Positions 1-10,482 of a DNA stretch of 64,000 nt are shown one piece after another. The notes beneath the pieces were generated by a model, which did no database searches, was not told where the DNA came from, and saw only the letters and a program-made list of their open reading frames with translations. Each line of letters starts with the position of its first letter. Position 1 is the stretch's first letter. This DNA is from Escherichia coli (lineage in GTDB: Bacteria > Pseudomonadota > Gammaproteobacteria > Enterobacterales > Enterobacteriaceae). A program made the translations under genes and the position numbers. Location: the NCBI RefSeq assembly GCF_029227855.1, contig NZ_CP074356.1, one strand, 5' to 3'.

Positions 1-254
1 GTAGATTTAACGAGTGTTCTGCGGCTGATGCCCACCATTTGTTCATTTTTGGACATAACTCACTCCCTGTTCTTTATCGTTATATAAAAGTTTATATATT
101 GAATATTTAGCGCGCTAACAATAGAGGGAGTCTACCTATTTTGGGTTAAGAATTATTAATCCATATCAATAGAAGGGTATGAGTAATAAGGTGGGATTAT
201 GTTGTATGTTCAAATCGCCGGATGTGTCGTATCCGGCGTGCAGTCGATAATGTG

Positions 255-563
255 TTACTGCGGTTCGGCAGGCGCGCCATCCTGGGTAGACTGCGCGGGA
301 GCAGAGACGTTACCGCTGGTGGTGCGGGTGTAGAGAATTTTATGCGTATCATTAGCGCAATGCCCGACGACCTGGGAATCAGGCTGATCAACCTGGTCAT
401 TGGGTACAATACTTAACGTGAAGCTGCTTTCGGGAACGCCATTATTGATAATGCGCTGTGATATATCGCTCTGTATGCGCTCACAGGATCCCGGCGCGGC
501 GAGTACCGCGGGTGAGGCGAGGGCGAGCAGAAGCGCGGCACAGCAGGTTGAGAGTTTCATCAT
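255..563 (-). CDS. ynfD: DUF1161 family secreted protein YnfD
   Basis: Minus-strand ORF; product begins MMKLSTCCAALLLALASPAVLA (signal peptide), about 101 aa from the ATG at 561-563 with SD taaggag upstream; matches remembered YnfD. Confidence 0.85.
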   Translation of the reverse strand: MMKLSTCCAALLLALASPAVLAAPGSCERIQSDISQRIINNGVPESSFTLSIVPNDQVDQPDSQVVGHCANDTHKILYTRTTSGNVSAPAQSTQDGAPAEPQ

Positions 564-667
564 AAGCTCCTTACGCGAAGATAACTTCTTTAAGCATAGC
601 ATTTAACGTGTAAAGTACTGTATTTGCTACTATGATTGAGAATCATCTCTACTCTCTGGTGACTGTT

Positions 668-1378
668 GTGAAATACAAATTACTGCCATGCTTACTCGCG
701 ATATTCCTCACAGGATGTGACCGAACAGAGGTAACACTTTCATTTACCCCTGAGATGGCCAGTTTCTCTAATGAATTCGATTTTGATCCGCTGCGTGGTC
801 CGGTAAAAGATTTCACTCAGACATTAATGGATGAGCAAGGTGAAGTGACGAAACGTGTTTCGGGGACTTTGTCGGAAGAAGGCTGTTTTGATTCACTCGA
901 ATTACTGGATCTGGAAAATAATACCGTGGTTGCCCTGGTACTGGACGCCAATTATTACCGTGATGCCCAGACACTGGAGAAAAGAGTTCGTTTGCAGGGA
1001 AAATGCCAGCTAGCAGAATTACCTTCTGCCGGGGTGAGTTGGGAAACCGATGATAATGGCTTTGTGATTAAAGCCAGCAGCAAACAGATGCAGATGGAAT
1101 ATCGCTATGATGATCAGGGGTATCCGCTGGGTAAAACCACGAAAAGTAACGACAAAACATTATCTGTTAGCGCCACGCCATCAACGGACCCGATCAAAAA
1201 ATTAGATTACACAGCGGTTACTTTACTGAATAATCAAAGAGTTGGTAATGTAAAACAGAGCTGTGAATATGACAGTCACGCCAATCCGGTGGACTGTCAG
1301 CTAATCATTGTTGATGAAGGAGTAAAACCCGCCATCGAACGGGTTTACACCATCAAAAATACTATCGATTATTATTAA
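668..1378 (+). CDS. ynfC: lipoprotein YnfC (UPF0257)
   Basis: ORF 632-1378; lipobox LAIFLTGCD; probable GTG start at 668 giving MKYKLLPCLL; start uncertain. Confidence 0.8.
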   Translation: MKYKLLPCLLAIFLTGCDRTEVTLSFTPEMASFSNEFDFDPLRGPVKDFTQTLMDEQGEVTKRVSGTLSEEGCFDSLELLDLENNTVVALVLDANYYRDAQTLEKRVRLQGKCQLAELPSAGVSWETDDNGFVIKASSKQMQMEYRYDDQGYPLGKTTKSNDKTLSVSATPSTDPIKKLDYTAVTLLNNQRVGNVKQSCEYDSHANPVDCQLIIVDEGVKPAIERVYTIKNTIDYY

Positions 1379-1380
1379 TG

Positions 1381-1941
1381 CTATTGTGCGGTCGGCTTCA
1401 GGAGAGTCTGACCCGGTGTTTTGTGCTCTGCCAGATACTGATGCTGGAATATGCACATGCGAATGGCATTCCGATATTGACCATTAATAAAGAACTCATG
1501 CATCAATTCACCTTCAACCGTAAAGCCAAGCTTGCGGTAAATGTGAATCGCTTTTTCATTCTCTTTATCGACGATCAGATACAGCTTATAGAGATTGAGA
1601 ACGGTGAAGCCATAGTCCATTGCTAATTTTGCGGCACGCGTTGCCAGACCTTTCCCCTGATATTCCGGGGAGATAATTATCTGAAATTCTGCGCGGCGAT
1701 GAACATGGTTAATTTCCACCAGCTCCACCAGACCGGCTTTTTCGCCGTCACATTCCACCACAAAGCGCCGTTCGCTCTGATCGTGAATATGCTTATCGTA
1801 CAGATCAGAGAGTTCAACAAAGGCTTCGTAGGGTTCCTCAAACCAGTAACGCATCACACTGGCGTTATTGTCGAGTTGATGTACATAGCGTAAATCTTCA
1901 CGCTCCAGCGGGCGTAGCTTAACACTGTGGGCGCTTGGCAT
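1381..1941 (-). CDS. speG: spermidine N1-acetyltransferase
   Basis: 186-aa [44 protein letters not shown]..., GNAT fold, matches remembered SpeG. Confidence 0.95.
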   Translation of the reverse strand: MPSAHSVKLRPLEREDLRYVHQLDNNASVMRYWFEEPYEAFVELSDLYDKHIHDQSERRFVVECDGEKAGLVELVEINHVHRRAEFQIIISPEYQGKGLATRAAKLAMDYGFTVLNLYKLYLIVDKENEKAIHIYRKLGFTVEGELMHEFFINGQYRNAIRMCIFQHQYLAEHKTPGQTLLKPTAQ

Positions 1942-1975
1942 AACGTGTCCTTACATTCCTTAAATCAATAACAGG

Positions 1976-2317
1976 TTAGGGGGTAATAACGCGGCCAGTT
2001 CGACGATCCAGGCAGCGCAAAGTATTTGGCTCCCAGTAGGCATTGATGTTGGCGCTTTGCTCACATTTATCGCGGTTATCAAAAGCGGCGTCGGCTTTAT
2101 CCCACTCTTTTTCAGTGCGTTTATTCACTTTCTGGCGCAGATTGCGCGTGTCATTCCATTGCTCTTTTTCCATCGCGGCGTGCTGGCGGCTTTGTGCACT
2201 GTCGCCAGACTCAATCACCAGTTTGTTAGTTTCGGCATGAATAGTTGTGCTCAATGCCAGTGCGCAAGGCAGCAGAAAAGCGAGCAGGCCAATTCGTTTG
2301 CTGAGAGTAATTTTCAT
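1976..2317 (-). CDS. ynfB: UPF0482 protein YnfB
   Basis: 113-aa ORF with signal peptide [28 protein letters not shown]; conserved position between speG and ynfA. Confidence 0.85.
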   Translation of the reverse strand: MKITLSKRIGLLAFLLPCALALSTTIHAETNKLVIESGDSAQSRQHAAMEKEQWNDTRNLRQKVNKRTEKEWDKADAAFDNRDKCEQSANINAYWEPNTLRCLDRRTGRVITP

Positions 2318-2451
2318 AATTCATTCCCTGTATGAATGATTAAAGGTGATTCTACACCATCCACTGCGAACGCAAAACGTACCAGGAGGATGTTTATATT
2401 GATGATATTATGTCGCCCTATAACTATACATGATGTCAATAAGTGACAAAG

Positions 2452-2778
2452 ATGATTAAAACAACGTTACTATTTTTTGCTACTGCGCTGTGTGAAATTA
2501 TTGGATGCTTTCTGCCCTGGTTGTGGTTAAAACGAAACGCCAGTATCTGGCTGTTGCTTCCGGCGGGGATTTCTCTGGCACTGTTTGTCTGGTTGTTAAC
2601 GTTGCATCCTGCGGCGAGTGGGCGTGTTTACGCGGCTTATGGTGGCGTTTATGTCTGCACGGCGTTGATTTGGCTGCGCGTTGTGGATGGCGTGAAACTG
2701 AGTCTTTATGACTGGACGGGGGCGTTGATTGCGCTTTGCGGCATGTTGATCATTGTTGCGGGCTGGGGGCGCGCGTAA
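2452..2778 (+). CDS. ynfA: UPF0060 inner membrane protein YnfA
   Basis: 108-aa hydrophobic ORF from ATG 2452 ([26 protein letters not shown]...), four predicted TM segments. Confidence 0.9.
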
Positions 2779-2982
2779 GGACATAAATCCATTTTATCAA
2801 TAAGATACGAGGAAGTGTCAGCTGACAAAAGGTATTCTATTTCATCTTTTGTCAACCATTCACGACGCAAATATACGCCTTTTTTTGTGATCACTCCGGT
2901 TTTTTTGATCTTCATACTTGTATGGTAGTAGCTCAGTTGCGTAGATTTCATGCATCACGACAAGCGATGCAAGGAATCGAAC

Positions 2983-4197
2983 ATGAAGATCGTAAAGGCT
3001 GAAGTTTTTGTTACCTGTCCGGGGCGTAATTTCGTCACATTAAAAATCACTACTGAGGACGGTATTACGGGCCTTGGGGATGCCACCCTCAATGGACGTG
3101 AGCTTTCCGTGGCCTCTTATTTGCAGGATCACCTTTGTCCGCAGCTTATTGGTCGCGATGCGCACCGTATCGAAGATATCTGGCAGTTTTTCTATAAAGG
3201 TGCTTACTGGCGTCGCGGCCCGGTGACGATGTCGGCCATTTCAGCGGTTGATATGGCGCTGTGGGATATTAAAGCCAAAGCTGCCAACATGCCGCTTTAC
3301 CAGTTACTCGGCGGCGCGTCTCGTGAAGGGGTGATGGTTTATTGCCATACCACCGGTCACAGTATTGATGAAGCTCTGGATGATTATGCCCGTCATCAGG
3401 AGCTGGGATTCAAAGCCATCCGCGTGCAGTGCGGAATCCCTGGTATGAAAACCACATACGGCATGTCGAAAGGTAAAGGTCTGGCTTATGAACCCGCAAC
3501 CAAAGGACAGTGGCCGGAAGAGCAGCTGTGGTCGACGGAGAAATACCTCGATTTCATGCCGAAATTGTTTGACGCGGTACGTAACAAGTTTGGTTTTAAT
3601 GAACATTTGCTGCATGACATGCACCATCGCTTAACGCCTATTGAAGCGGCGCGCTTTGGTAAAAGCATTGAAGATTATCGCATGTTCTGGATGGAAGACC
3701 CGACGCCTGCGGAAAACCAGGAATGCTTCCGTCTCATTCGCCAACATACCGTCACACCCATCGCGGTGGGTGAAGTCTTCAACAGCATCTGGGACTGCAA
3801 GCAACTGATTGAAGAGCAACTTATCGATTATATCCGCACTACGCTGACCCACGCGGGTGGCATTACCGGTATGCGCCGGATTGCCGATTTTGCTTCGCTG
3901 TATCAGGTACGTACTGGCTCACACGGTCCTTCCGATTTGTCACCAGTCTGCATGGCTGCGGCGCTGCACTTTGATCTGTGGGTCCCCAATTTCGGTGTCC
4001 AGGAATACATGGGTTATTCCGAACAAATGCTCGAAGTCTTCCCGCACAACTGGACTTTCGATAACGGCTATATGCATCCGGGAGACAAACCGGGTCTTGG
4101 CATCGAATTCGATGAAAAGCTGGCGGCGAAATATCCCTATGAATCTGCTTATCTACCAGTCGCACGTCTGGAAGATGGCACGCTGTGGAACTGGTAA
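2983..4197 (+). CDS. rspA: starvation-sensing protein RspA (enolase superfamily, mannonate dehydratase-like)
   Basis: 404-aa ORF from ATG 2983 ([40 protein letters not shown]...), enolase-superfamily motifs. Confidence 0.95.
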   Translation: MKIVKAEVFVTCPGRNFVTLKITTEDGITGLGDATLNGRELSVASYLQDHLCPQLIGRDAHRIEDIWQFFYKGAYWRRGPVTMSAISAVDMALWDIKAKAANMPLYQLLGGASREGVMVYCHTTGHSIDEALDDYARHQELGFKAIRVQCGIPGMKTTYGMSKGKGLAYEPATKGQWPEEQLWSTEKYLDFMPKLFDAVRNKFGFNEHLLHDMHHRLTPIEAARFGKSIEDYRMFWMEDPTPAENQECFRLIRQHTVTPIAVGEVFNSIWDCKQLIEEQLIDYIRTTLTHAGGITGMRRIADFASLYQVRTGSHGPSDLSPVCMAAALHFDLWVPNFGVQEYMGYSEQMLEVFPHNWTFDNGYMHPGDKPGLGIEFDEKLAAKYPYESAYLPVARLEDGTLWNW

Positions 4198-4208
4198 GGA
4201 GTAAGATA

Positions 4209-5228
4209 ATGAAAAGCATTTTAATTGAAAAACCGAATCAACTGGCAATTATCGAACGCGAAATACCTACCCCGTCAGCGGGTGAAGTACGAGTAAAAGT
4301 GAAACTTGCCGGAATTTGTGGTTCAGATAGCCATATTTATCGTGGGCATAATCCTTTTGCGAAATATCCGCGCGTCATTGGACATGAATTTTTTGGCGTC
4401 ATTGATGCAGTGGGTGAAGGCGTGGAAAGCGCCAGAGTCGGTGAACGCGTTGCTGTCGATCCGGTGGTCAGCTGTGGGCATTGCTATCCGTGCTCTATAG
4501 GTAAGCCGAACGTTTGTACAACACTGGCTGTATTAGGTGTGCACGCTGACGGTGGTTTCAGTGAATATGCCGTGGTTCCGGCAAAAAATGCGTGGAAAAT
4601 TCCTGAAGCAGTGGCCGATCAATATGCGGTGATGATCGAACCTTTTACCATTGCGGCGAACGTAACCGGTCATGGTCAACCGACTGAAAATGATACCGTT
4701 CTGGTTTACGGTGCCGGTCCAATCGGCCTGACGATCGTTCAGGTATTAAAAGGCGTCTATAACGTTAAAAATGTGATTGTTGCCGATCGCATTGATGAAC
4801 GACTGGAAAAAGCGAAAGAGAGCGGGGCTGACTGGGCGATTAATAACAGCCAGACACCGCTTGGCGAGATTTTCGCTGAAAAAGGCATAAAGCCGACATT
4901 AATTATCGATGCGGCTTGTCATCCTTCTATCCTGAAAGAGGCCGTAATTCTGGCTTCTCCAGCGGCACGTATTGTATTGATGGGCTTCTCCAGTGAACCG
5001 TCTGAAGTGATTCAGCAAGGAATTACCGGAAAAGAACTCTCTATTTTCTCTTCACGCTTAAATGCAAATAAATTCCCGGTCGTTATCGACTGGTTAAGTA
5101 AAGGGTTAATTAAACCAGAAAAATTAATTACCCATACGTTTGATTTCCAGCATGTTGCTGATGCCATTAGTTTATTTGAACAGGATCAAAAACATTGCTG
5201 CAAAGTCTTACTCACTTTTTCTGAATAA
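4209..5228 (+). CDS. rspB: zinc-dependent dehydrogenase RspB
   Basis: 339-aa ORF from ATG 4209 (MKSILIEKPNQLAIIERE...), GHEFFG zinc-ADH motif and GAGPIG Rossmann motif. Confidence 0.95.
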   Translation: MKSILIEKPNQLAIIEREIPTPSAGEVRVKVKLAGICGSDSHIYRGHNPFAKYPRVIGHEFFGVIDAVGEGVESARVGERVAVDPVVSCGHCYPCSIGKPNVCTTLAVLGVHADGGFSEYAVVPAKNAWKIPEAVADQYAVMIEPFTIAANVTGHGQPTENDTVLVYGAGPIGLTIVQVLKGVYNVKNVIVADRIDERLEKAKESGADWAINNSQTPLGEIFAEKGIKPTLIIDAACHPSILKEAVILASPAARIVLMGFSSEPSEVIQQGITGKELSIFSSRLNANKFPVVIDWLSKGLIKPEKLITHTFDFQHVADAISLFEQDQKHCCKVLLTFSE

Positions 5229-5285
5229 TACCAATAACGGCGAATAAGTAGTACGCATCTTACCTCTTTTTTAGAGATAACCATT

Positions 5286-5378
5286 ATGACAATAGAAAAA
5301 CACGAAAGAAGCACTAAGGATTTGGTGAAAGCAGCAGTATCGGGATGGCTGGGCACTGCGCTTGAATTTATGGATTTC
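5286..5378 (+). pseudogene. ydfJ: 5' fragment (31 codons) of MFS transporter gene ydfJ, separated from the rest of the gene by the prophage
   Basis: ATG 5286 encodes MTIEKHERSTKDLVKAAVSGWLGTALEFMDF, then diverges into phage sequence; the reading frame resumes exactly at 52148 (MDFQLYSLGAALVF...). Confidence 0.75.
5364..5378 (+). repeat. prophage attachment-site core, left copy (GAATTTATGGATTTC)
   Basis: Imperfect direct repeat with 52143-52156 (GAATTATGGATTTC) at the two junctions between ydfJ sequence and phage sequence. Confidence 0.6.
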
Positions 5379-5415
5379 AAGAGTCATACGTGTCAACTAT
5401 TTGATAAATATTAAA

Positions 5416-6696
5416 TTAATTTTTCATTGCTTCGTTATGGGGCATGGTTGGGGCAAACTCGCTTAACTGTGTATTTAACAAAGCTACCTGTGCATTATTG
5501 TTTTCAGACATCCATTTTCCGTATACCTGAAATACCATTTGCGCATCTGCATGGCCCATCTGGTTTGCTATAAATGCCGGGTTAGCACCAGCTGTCAGCG
5601 ACCAGCAGGCATAAGTATGTCTCGACTGATATGATTTTCGATGGCGGAGTCCGGCACGTTTTATCGCTGCGTCCCACATCTGCCTTATTGAGTCAACGGT
5701 AAAATGGTCACCATAATTTTTTACTCTCGCTGACACTTCAGGTTGAAAAACAAAGGTGCATTTTTGTTTTTCTGTTCTGCCATACTCTCTGAGGTGAACA
5801 TCAATGATATGCTCTTTGCTCAGTCTCGTTAATGTCATCTGACTCCGGAGAGCGTCGATTGCTGGCTTAATAAGATGAATGACCCGATTGGTTCCCGCCT
5901 GTGTTTTTGGTACCGTGAAACGGTCTTTTGCTAAATTTCTCCTGATCATCATTGTTCCATTTTTCAGATCTATGTCCTCCCATCCAAGTGCACACAGCTC
6001 ACCAGGGCGAACGCCAGTATAAACAGAAACACACCATAAATTTTTTGCTTGCTGATTTCTGCACGCATCGATAAGACGGATAAATTCCTCCCGCGAAAGA
6101 GGATCCGGAATGGTTCTTGATTCCTTTAATGGCGAGATCCCCTTAAACGGATTATCTGGCAGGTAACCGTTATCAACACCAAACTGGAACACGGCGTTAA
6201 GATTTGTCATGTAATTATTTACAGTTACAGCCGATCTCCCTGGTTGTGTAACAATATAGTTACTTTTGGGGATCTGGTATCCAGTCAGTAGCTCTTTACG
6301 AACCTCCAGTAATTTTTCTTTATTAATCGATGAGGCAAGATTTTTTTCACCGATTATGCTCAGGATATTTTTGATGACGGCACGGTATGTGTTGAGTGAT
6401 GTTTTGGCGACTTCAGTTTCTTTCAGTGCCAGAAATTTTTCAGCCAGTTCTTTTATGGTTAAATCTTGTCGGGCCTCACCAAATTTTTCCAGATTGCGTG
6501 AGGAGGGAAACTGTTTTGCATAGTCGAAAACACCAGTTTTTATTGCGTAACAAACAGAGGCGCGTAGTTCACCTGCAACGCGCCTGTTTTTTGCTGTGTC
6601 AGGAACCCCCAGATTTTCCCTGACTCTTACGCCTTTATAAACAAACCAGATACGTAATTTCCCTCCATGGTTTTCCACGCCTGTCGGATATTTCAT
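5416..6696 (-). CDS. int: phage integrase (tyrosine recombinase)
   Basis: ORF 5416-6711; start at ATG 6696 with SD gagagg (MKYPTGVENHGGKLRIWF...); C-terminal catalytic region with RHTYA and terminal Tyr-containing motif. Confidence 0.9.
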   Translation of the reverse strand: MKYPTGVENHGGKLRIWFVYKGVRVRENLGVPDTAKNRRVAGELRASVCYAIKTGVFDYAKQFPSSRNLEKFGEARQDLTIKELAEKFLALKETEVAKTSLNTYRAVIKNILSIIGEKNLASSINKEKLLEVRKELLTGYQIPKSNYIVTQPGRSAVTVNNYMTNLNAVFQFGVDNGYLPDNPFKGISPLKESRTIPDPLSREEFIRLIDACRNQQAKNLWCVSVYTGVRPGELCALGWEDIDLKNGTMMIRRNLAKDRFTVPKTQAGTNRVIHLIKPAIDALRSQMTLTRLSKEHIIDVHLREYGRTEKQKCTFVFQPEVSARVKNYGDHFTVDSIRQMWDAAIKRAGLRHRKSYQSRHTYACWSLTAGANPAFIANQMGHADAQMVFQVYGKWMSENNNAQVALLNTQLSEFAPTMPHNEAMKN

Positions 6697-6730
6697 TTCA
6701 ACCTCTCTCATTAGTTAGTGTGGCTTTTAG

Positions 6731-6982
6731 TCAAGTAAGATGACGTCTTGGTCTCGCTGATGCCTGGCGCTCAATCCAGCGATCAATTTCTTCCAGGTTG
6801 TAAAAGCATGGACTGTTATCCCATGGCATACCGTCATGAGCGACATGCTTATATTCCCTTCCTTCCATAAACGATTTTTCCCGGGCCTTTTTTAACGTAC
6901 CTTTTTTTATTCCTTTCAGCGCAATTAACTGCTCTTCGGATACCCATTTGCCGGGAGAGACAATCATGATTACTTCGCTCAT
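6731..6982 (-). CDS. putative excisionase
   Basis: 83-aa ORF immediately upstream of int on the same strand; family assignment not verified. Confidence 0.55.
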   Translation of the reverse strand: MSEVIMIVSPGKWVSEEQLIALKGIKKGTLKKAREKSFMEGREYKHVAHDGMPWDNSPCFYNLEEIDRWIERQASARPRRHLT

Positions 6983-7054
6983 CGATTTCTTTATCTCTTA
7001 CATCAGACGAGCGCCGGTTGCAGAATACCAGTCACAACCGGCGACAGTTGAACA

Positions 7055-9526
7055 TTAAGAATCAGCCTGACTCGGGATCAGTTTTTGCCAGATAACTGAA
7101 ACGTATTTTGCCTGGTAACGGGCGTCATCAAGTGCATTATGCCGCTCACCTTCGAATGGAATAGCCGTTCTGGCATCGAAGTCTATGGCTTTCCCCAGCT
7201 CAACGATTGTGCGTACATCGCGATCGTTGTAGTAACGCCACGGGCAGGGGATCCCCTGCCGTTCGTATGAACGGCGCAAAATCGTGTTGTCGAAGTTGGC
7301 TCCATTTCCCCAGACCTGAACAAAAAATTCACCGGAGTTTTCGTCGATAAATTCCCGCAATTGTAACAGTGCATCATCTAACGGGATTTCATCGGTCATA
7401 ATGGCAGACTGCGCTTCACGTGATTGCTTCAGCCACCATTTAATGACGTCACGATCAATGACTCCGCCAGCAGTATTCAGATCTATGGTCTTGCTAAATT
7501 CCGGTCCCATATCTCCGGTTTGTGGATCGAAAAATATTGCGCCTATTGAGATAATCGGGGCATCAGGATTTTTTCCCATGGTTTCAAGGTCGATCATTAG
7601 ATGGTCACACGTCCTGCTGGTGGATGTGATAACGTGATGACCGTTCACCGTAATTAAGGGATCTGCCGTCTCGCCAGTTTCACTATCGCTGGCGTGGTCC
7701 TGAGCGCTGCCAGCATTCTCCTTGTGTGGATGTTCAGCGCCTTCCATTTTCTCCGAATCGTCTTCCTGAACTTCAACCTGGTTCTTGTCATCGAATGTTT
7801 CCTGGTATGTTGCGTCGCCCATCACCGCACCACATTCAGGGCAGTTGCCGCCGCCGGTCTGACCGTAGGCGGTGCAGATTTTTTCCGCTTCCTGTTGCGC
7901 TACTGGCTCAGGTTGTTTCGTTTCTGGCTCGTTTTGTAACGCATTTGGGCTGTTTTGTTCCGCTTTCTGGTCGTTCTGTTCCGTTTCTTGCTGGTTCTGG
8001 TTCACTGAATCGCGGGTTTCAATCCCCTTCACCCATTTCGGATCATTCGGATCGCTAATCCCTGCAACAAATTCACCACGTGATACAGCAAGCAACTGAT
8101 TGGCGTCAGGCTGGCTGATATTGGCTGCCTGCATAATTTTGTTTACTTCGTCAGCGGTAATTTTTACCGGCTCTGGTTGTGCGGTCGTGTCAGATGCACC
8201 AGTATTTTGTTGTGAACCTGAGTATGTACCGTTTTTGCGGGCGAAATATTCTTCTTTCGTGATTTCAGTAGCCCCGGCAGCCAGCGCCTTATCCAGACCA
8301 GAAAGTTTGTTTGCGCGACCGTATTTTTCGCCATCCTTGTCGGTAAAGAGGAAGTAGAACGGCCCCTCACGCTCTACAGATGGTTCGACTTCCACTTTGC
8401 ATTCAGTTTTTTCGTTGCCCGGAATTGCCGTTTCCACTGCATCAGTTTCTGGTACTGGCGACGAGAGAGTATCAGTTGCGCTCTGATTTGTTCCTTCATC
8501 TTCAAACACGCCCTTTGTAGTCAGGTATTTAGTAATGTATTTGTTCAGTGCCACAGGGTCTTTGTGAATGTCGATCGGACGTTCACGGACAAGGCCAAAA
8601 ATAGTCTGGCGGTCGTAGCGAAGGGCATCAGGCTGTTTGCGCATTGATGCCGAGATACGCTTCCAGTCTTCGCGGTCGTTGTCGATAACTTCATTTTTTG
8701 CCCAGCGATGGATGCTGCCGTCAATGTTTCCGGCATCCACATCACCAGGCCAGAGAGCGTAGGCCAGTTCGTCATCCAGTGTTTTCCATGTCTGCTTGTA
8801 TTCGCGATGAGTGGCAGCAATGACCGGGTTGATTTTTCCTGTTGAATTTTCAGTGTGCTGTTGATTGGCTCTGGCGCGGGCGAGATCAACAACAGACGTG
8901 TATTTTCCGGTTTCCTTGCGTTCATTTTCGCGACGTTTTTTCCAGATGCGCATCTCTGCCTGAATTTCGGGCCATTTAGCTCCAGGATTACATTTATGTT
9001 TAACCCACCCGATGGCATGCAGCTTAAGCTCCGGATACATGGCGTTAACTTCTGGCATTTTCATCAACGCTTCAACGATATGTCCGTCGAATGTTGCCAT
9101 GTCTTCCTGCAACAATTCCTGCGCGCTAATCACCATATCAACGGTGATGTTTTCACATGTGTCGAACTTAACCATGACAGCGTTCTGTACTTCAGGGGCC
9201 AGCTTGTCAAAAGTGACGTTCATCGGATCTGATTCAGTCTCAACCGGGACAAAGGAAGCAGACTCCTCATCCCAGCGGTTTTCCTGCATATATTCAGCAT
9301 CCCAGGAATCGAGGGCAGGGCGGGGTATACCGGGTTTATCCTCGCAAACAAGAAATTTATAAGCGCAGTCCTGAGCAACCGGATAATGTTCCAGGAATTG
9401 CCAGTGAAATTTTGCGCGGGCGCGACGTTCATCACCGGCTTCAATGGCAGTGGCTACAGCGATTGCACCTTCTTCCTTTATTGCCTGTTCGTCCGGAATG
9501 GCGGCGCAAATAAAGACTTTACTCAT
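7055..9526 (-). CDS. phage exonuclease, 823 aa, C-terminal DnaQ-like 3'-5' exonuclease domain
   Basis: C-terminal motifs DLETMG, NGANFD, HNALDDARYQAKY (DEDDh pattern); acidic low-complexity linker in the middle; position corresponds to the exo/recE slot of the early-left operon. Confidence 0.7.
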   Translation of the reverse strand: MSKVFICAAIPDEQAIKEEGAIAVATAIEAGDERRARAKFHWQFLEHYPVAQDCAYKFLVCEDKPGIPRPALDSWDAEYMQENRWDEESASFVPVETESDPMNVTFDKLAPEVQNAVMVKFDTCENITVDMVISAQELLQEDMATFDGHIVEALMKMPEVNAMYPELKLHAIGWVKHKCNPGAKWPEIQAEMRIWKKRRENERKETGKYTSVVDLARARANQQHTENSTGKINPVIAATHREYKQTWKTLDDELAYALWPGDVDAGNIDGSIHRWAKNEVIDNDREDWKRISASMRKQPDALRYDRQTIFGLVRERPIDIHKDPVALNKYITKYLTTKGVFEDEGTNQSATDTLSSPVPETDAVETAIPGNEKTECKVEVEPSVEREGPFYFLFTDKDGEKYGRANKLSGLDKALAAGATEITKEEYFARKNGTYSGSQQNTGASDTTAQPEPVKITADEVNKIMQAANISQPDANQLLAVSRGEFVAGISDPNDPKWVKGIETRDSVNQNQQETEQNDQKAEQNSPNALQNEPETKQPEPVAQQEAEKICTAYGQTGGGNCPECGAVMGDATYQETFDDKNQVEVQEDDSEKMEGAEHPHKENAGSAQDHASDSETGETADPLITVNGHHVITSTSRTCDHLMIDLETMGKNPDAPIISIGAIFFDPQTGDMGPEFSKTIDLNTAGGVIDRDVIKWWLKQSREAQSAIMTDEIPLDDALLQLREFIDENSGEFFVQVWGNGANFDNTILRRSYERQGIPCPWRYYNDRDVRTIVELGKAIDFDARTAIPFEGERHNALDDARYQAKYVSVIWQKLIPSQADS

Positions 9527-9619
9527 TTTGTTTTAACCTCATGACAGATTTAAGGGTGAACAAATCCCTGCCATTGCTGGCATATAAGAATGAAATCGGA
9601 TGTTTATTACGGAACTGTT

Positions 9620-9820
9620 TTAAAGACCTGCCGGGATTTCGTTATTATCCTGGTGAATAACTTTATCGACAGGGTAACAGTTACCGGGAATTTTCTGTTC
9701 GGTTGCTGCAGTCACACACTCCTGCATTGTCCTGTGAACACTGACTGCAATATCAACTGGTTCTCCGGAAACAAGAAAAACTGTCAGAACAAGTGCAAAT
9801 GCTGTATTCATTGCCAGCAT
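9620..9820 (-). CDS. hypothetical small secreted phage protein
   Basis: ORF with hydrophobic N-terminus MLAMNTAFALVLTVFLVSG; weak RBS; start uncertain. Confidence 0.3.
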   Translation of the reverse strand: MLAMNTAFALVLTVFLVSGEPVDIAVSVHRTMQECVTAATEQKIPGNCYPVDKVIHQDNNEIPAGL

Positions 9821-9996
9821 CCTTTTTGTATCGGACGTAAACGGGCCAGCATTGAAAGAATGCATACTTTATTTAATAGCTCCCGTTCTTGTTTTCTCTT
9901 GTTAATGGCATCTTCAGTAAATACTGGGTTACTGATAGTGACACCAATTTCAAAACAACCTTCAGACGTATTAACGTTTGGTAATAACGTTTTCAT
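9808..9996 (-). CDS. hypothetical early-left phage protein
   Basis: ATG at 9996 (MKTLLPNVNTSEGCFEIG...) preceded by SD gagga with about 7-nt spacer. Confidence 0.4.
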   Translation of the reverse strand: MKTLLPNVNTSEGCFEIGVTISNPVFTEDAINKRKQERELLNKVCILSMLARLRPIQKGCWQ

Positions 9997-10482
9997 TATC
10001 GCGTCCTCAACAATGAATTTTGTGATGCAGTGCCTGGTGCCTCCAGGTGACGTTAACCAGTTAACAATTAACGTCGGATACAGAGAATCCACCCATAACA
10101 CTGTTTTTGGTTTTAACTGTTCCGCGTGCGCTCAGCCGCATTCACCGCATCACAAAATTCACTTTAAAAACGGCGGCAGAGCAGTCACGGAGTAAAACTG
10201 ATACCGCTAAACGTCACCAGAAAATTGATAACAGAGGGCGTTGCAGCGGGGTTGTCACTTAAGCGTATGGTCAACCTGACAACCCGGTGTCCTCAACGGG
10301 GAAGGAATAACCCCGCCATACTTACCGCCGCGCCATTTCGCGGGTTGCCACAACCGGAAGCGCACGGTCGAATTAAATTTAACGACACCGTACAGTGAGA
10401 CGAACTTCGCCGTGCGCTTTCGTGTTGTGTGCCTGCTTTTAACCACGTCAGGCGAGGTGGTATCCTTAAAATCACCACAGTT

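Noticed and set aside
9590-10195. 201-aa plus-strand ORF rich in Cys, Asn and His
   Set aside because: Lies antisense to the early-left operon genes, has no RBS and a non-protein-like composition; treated as an antisense artefact.
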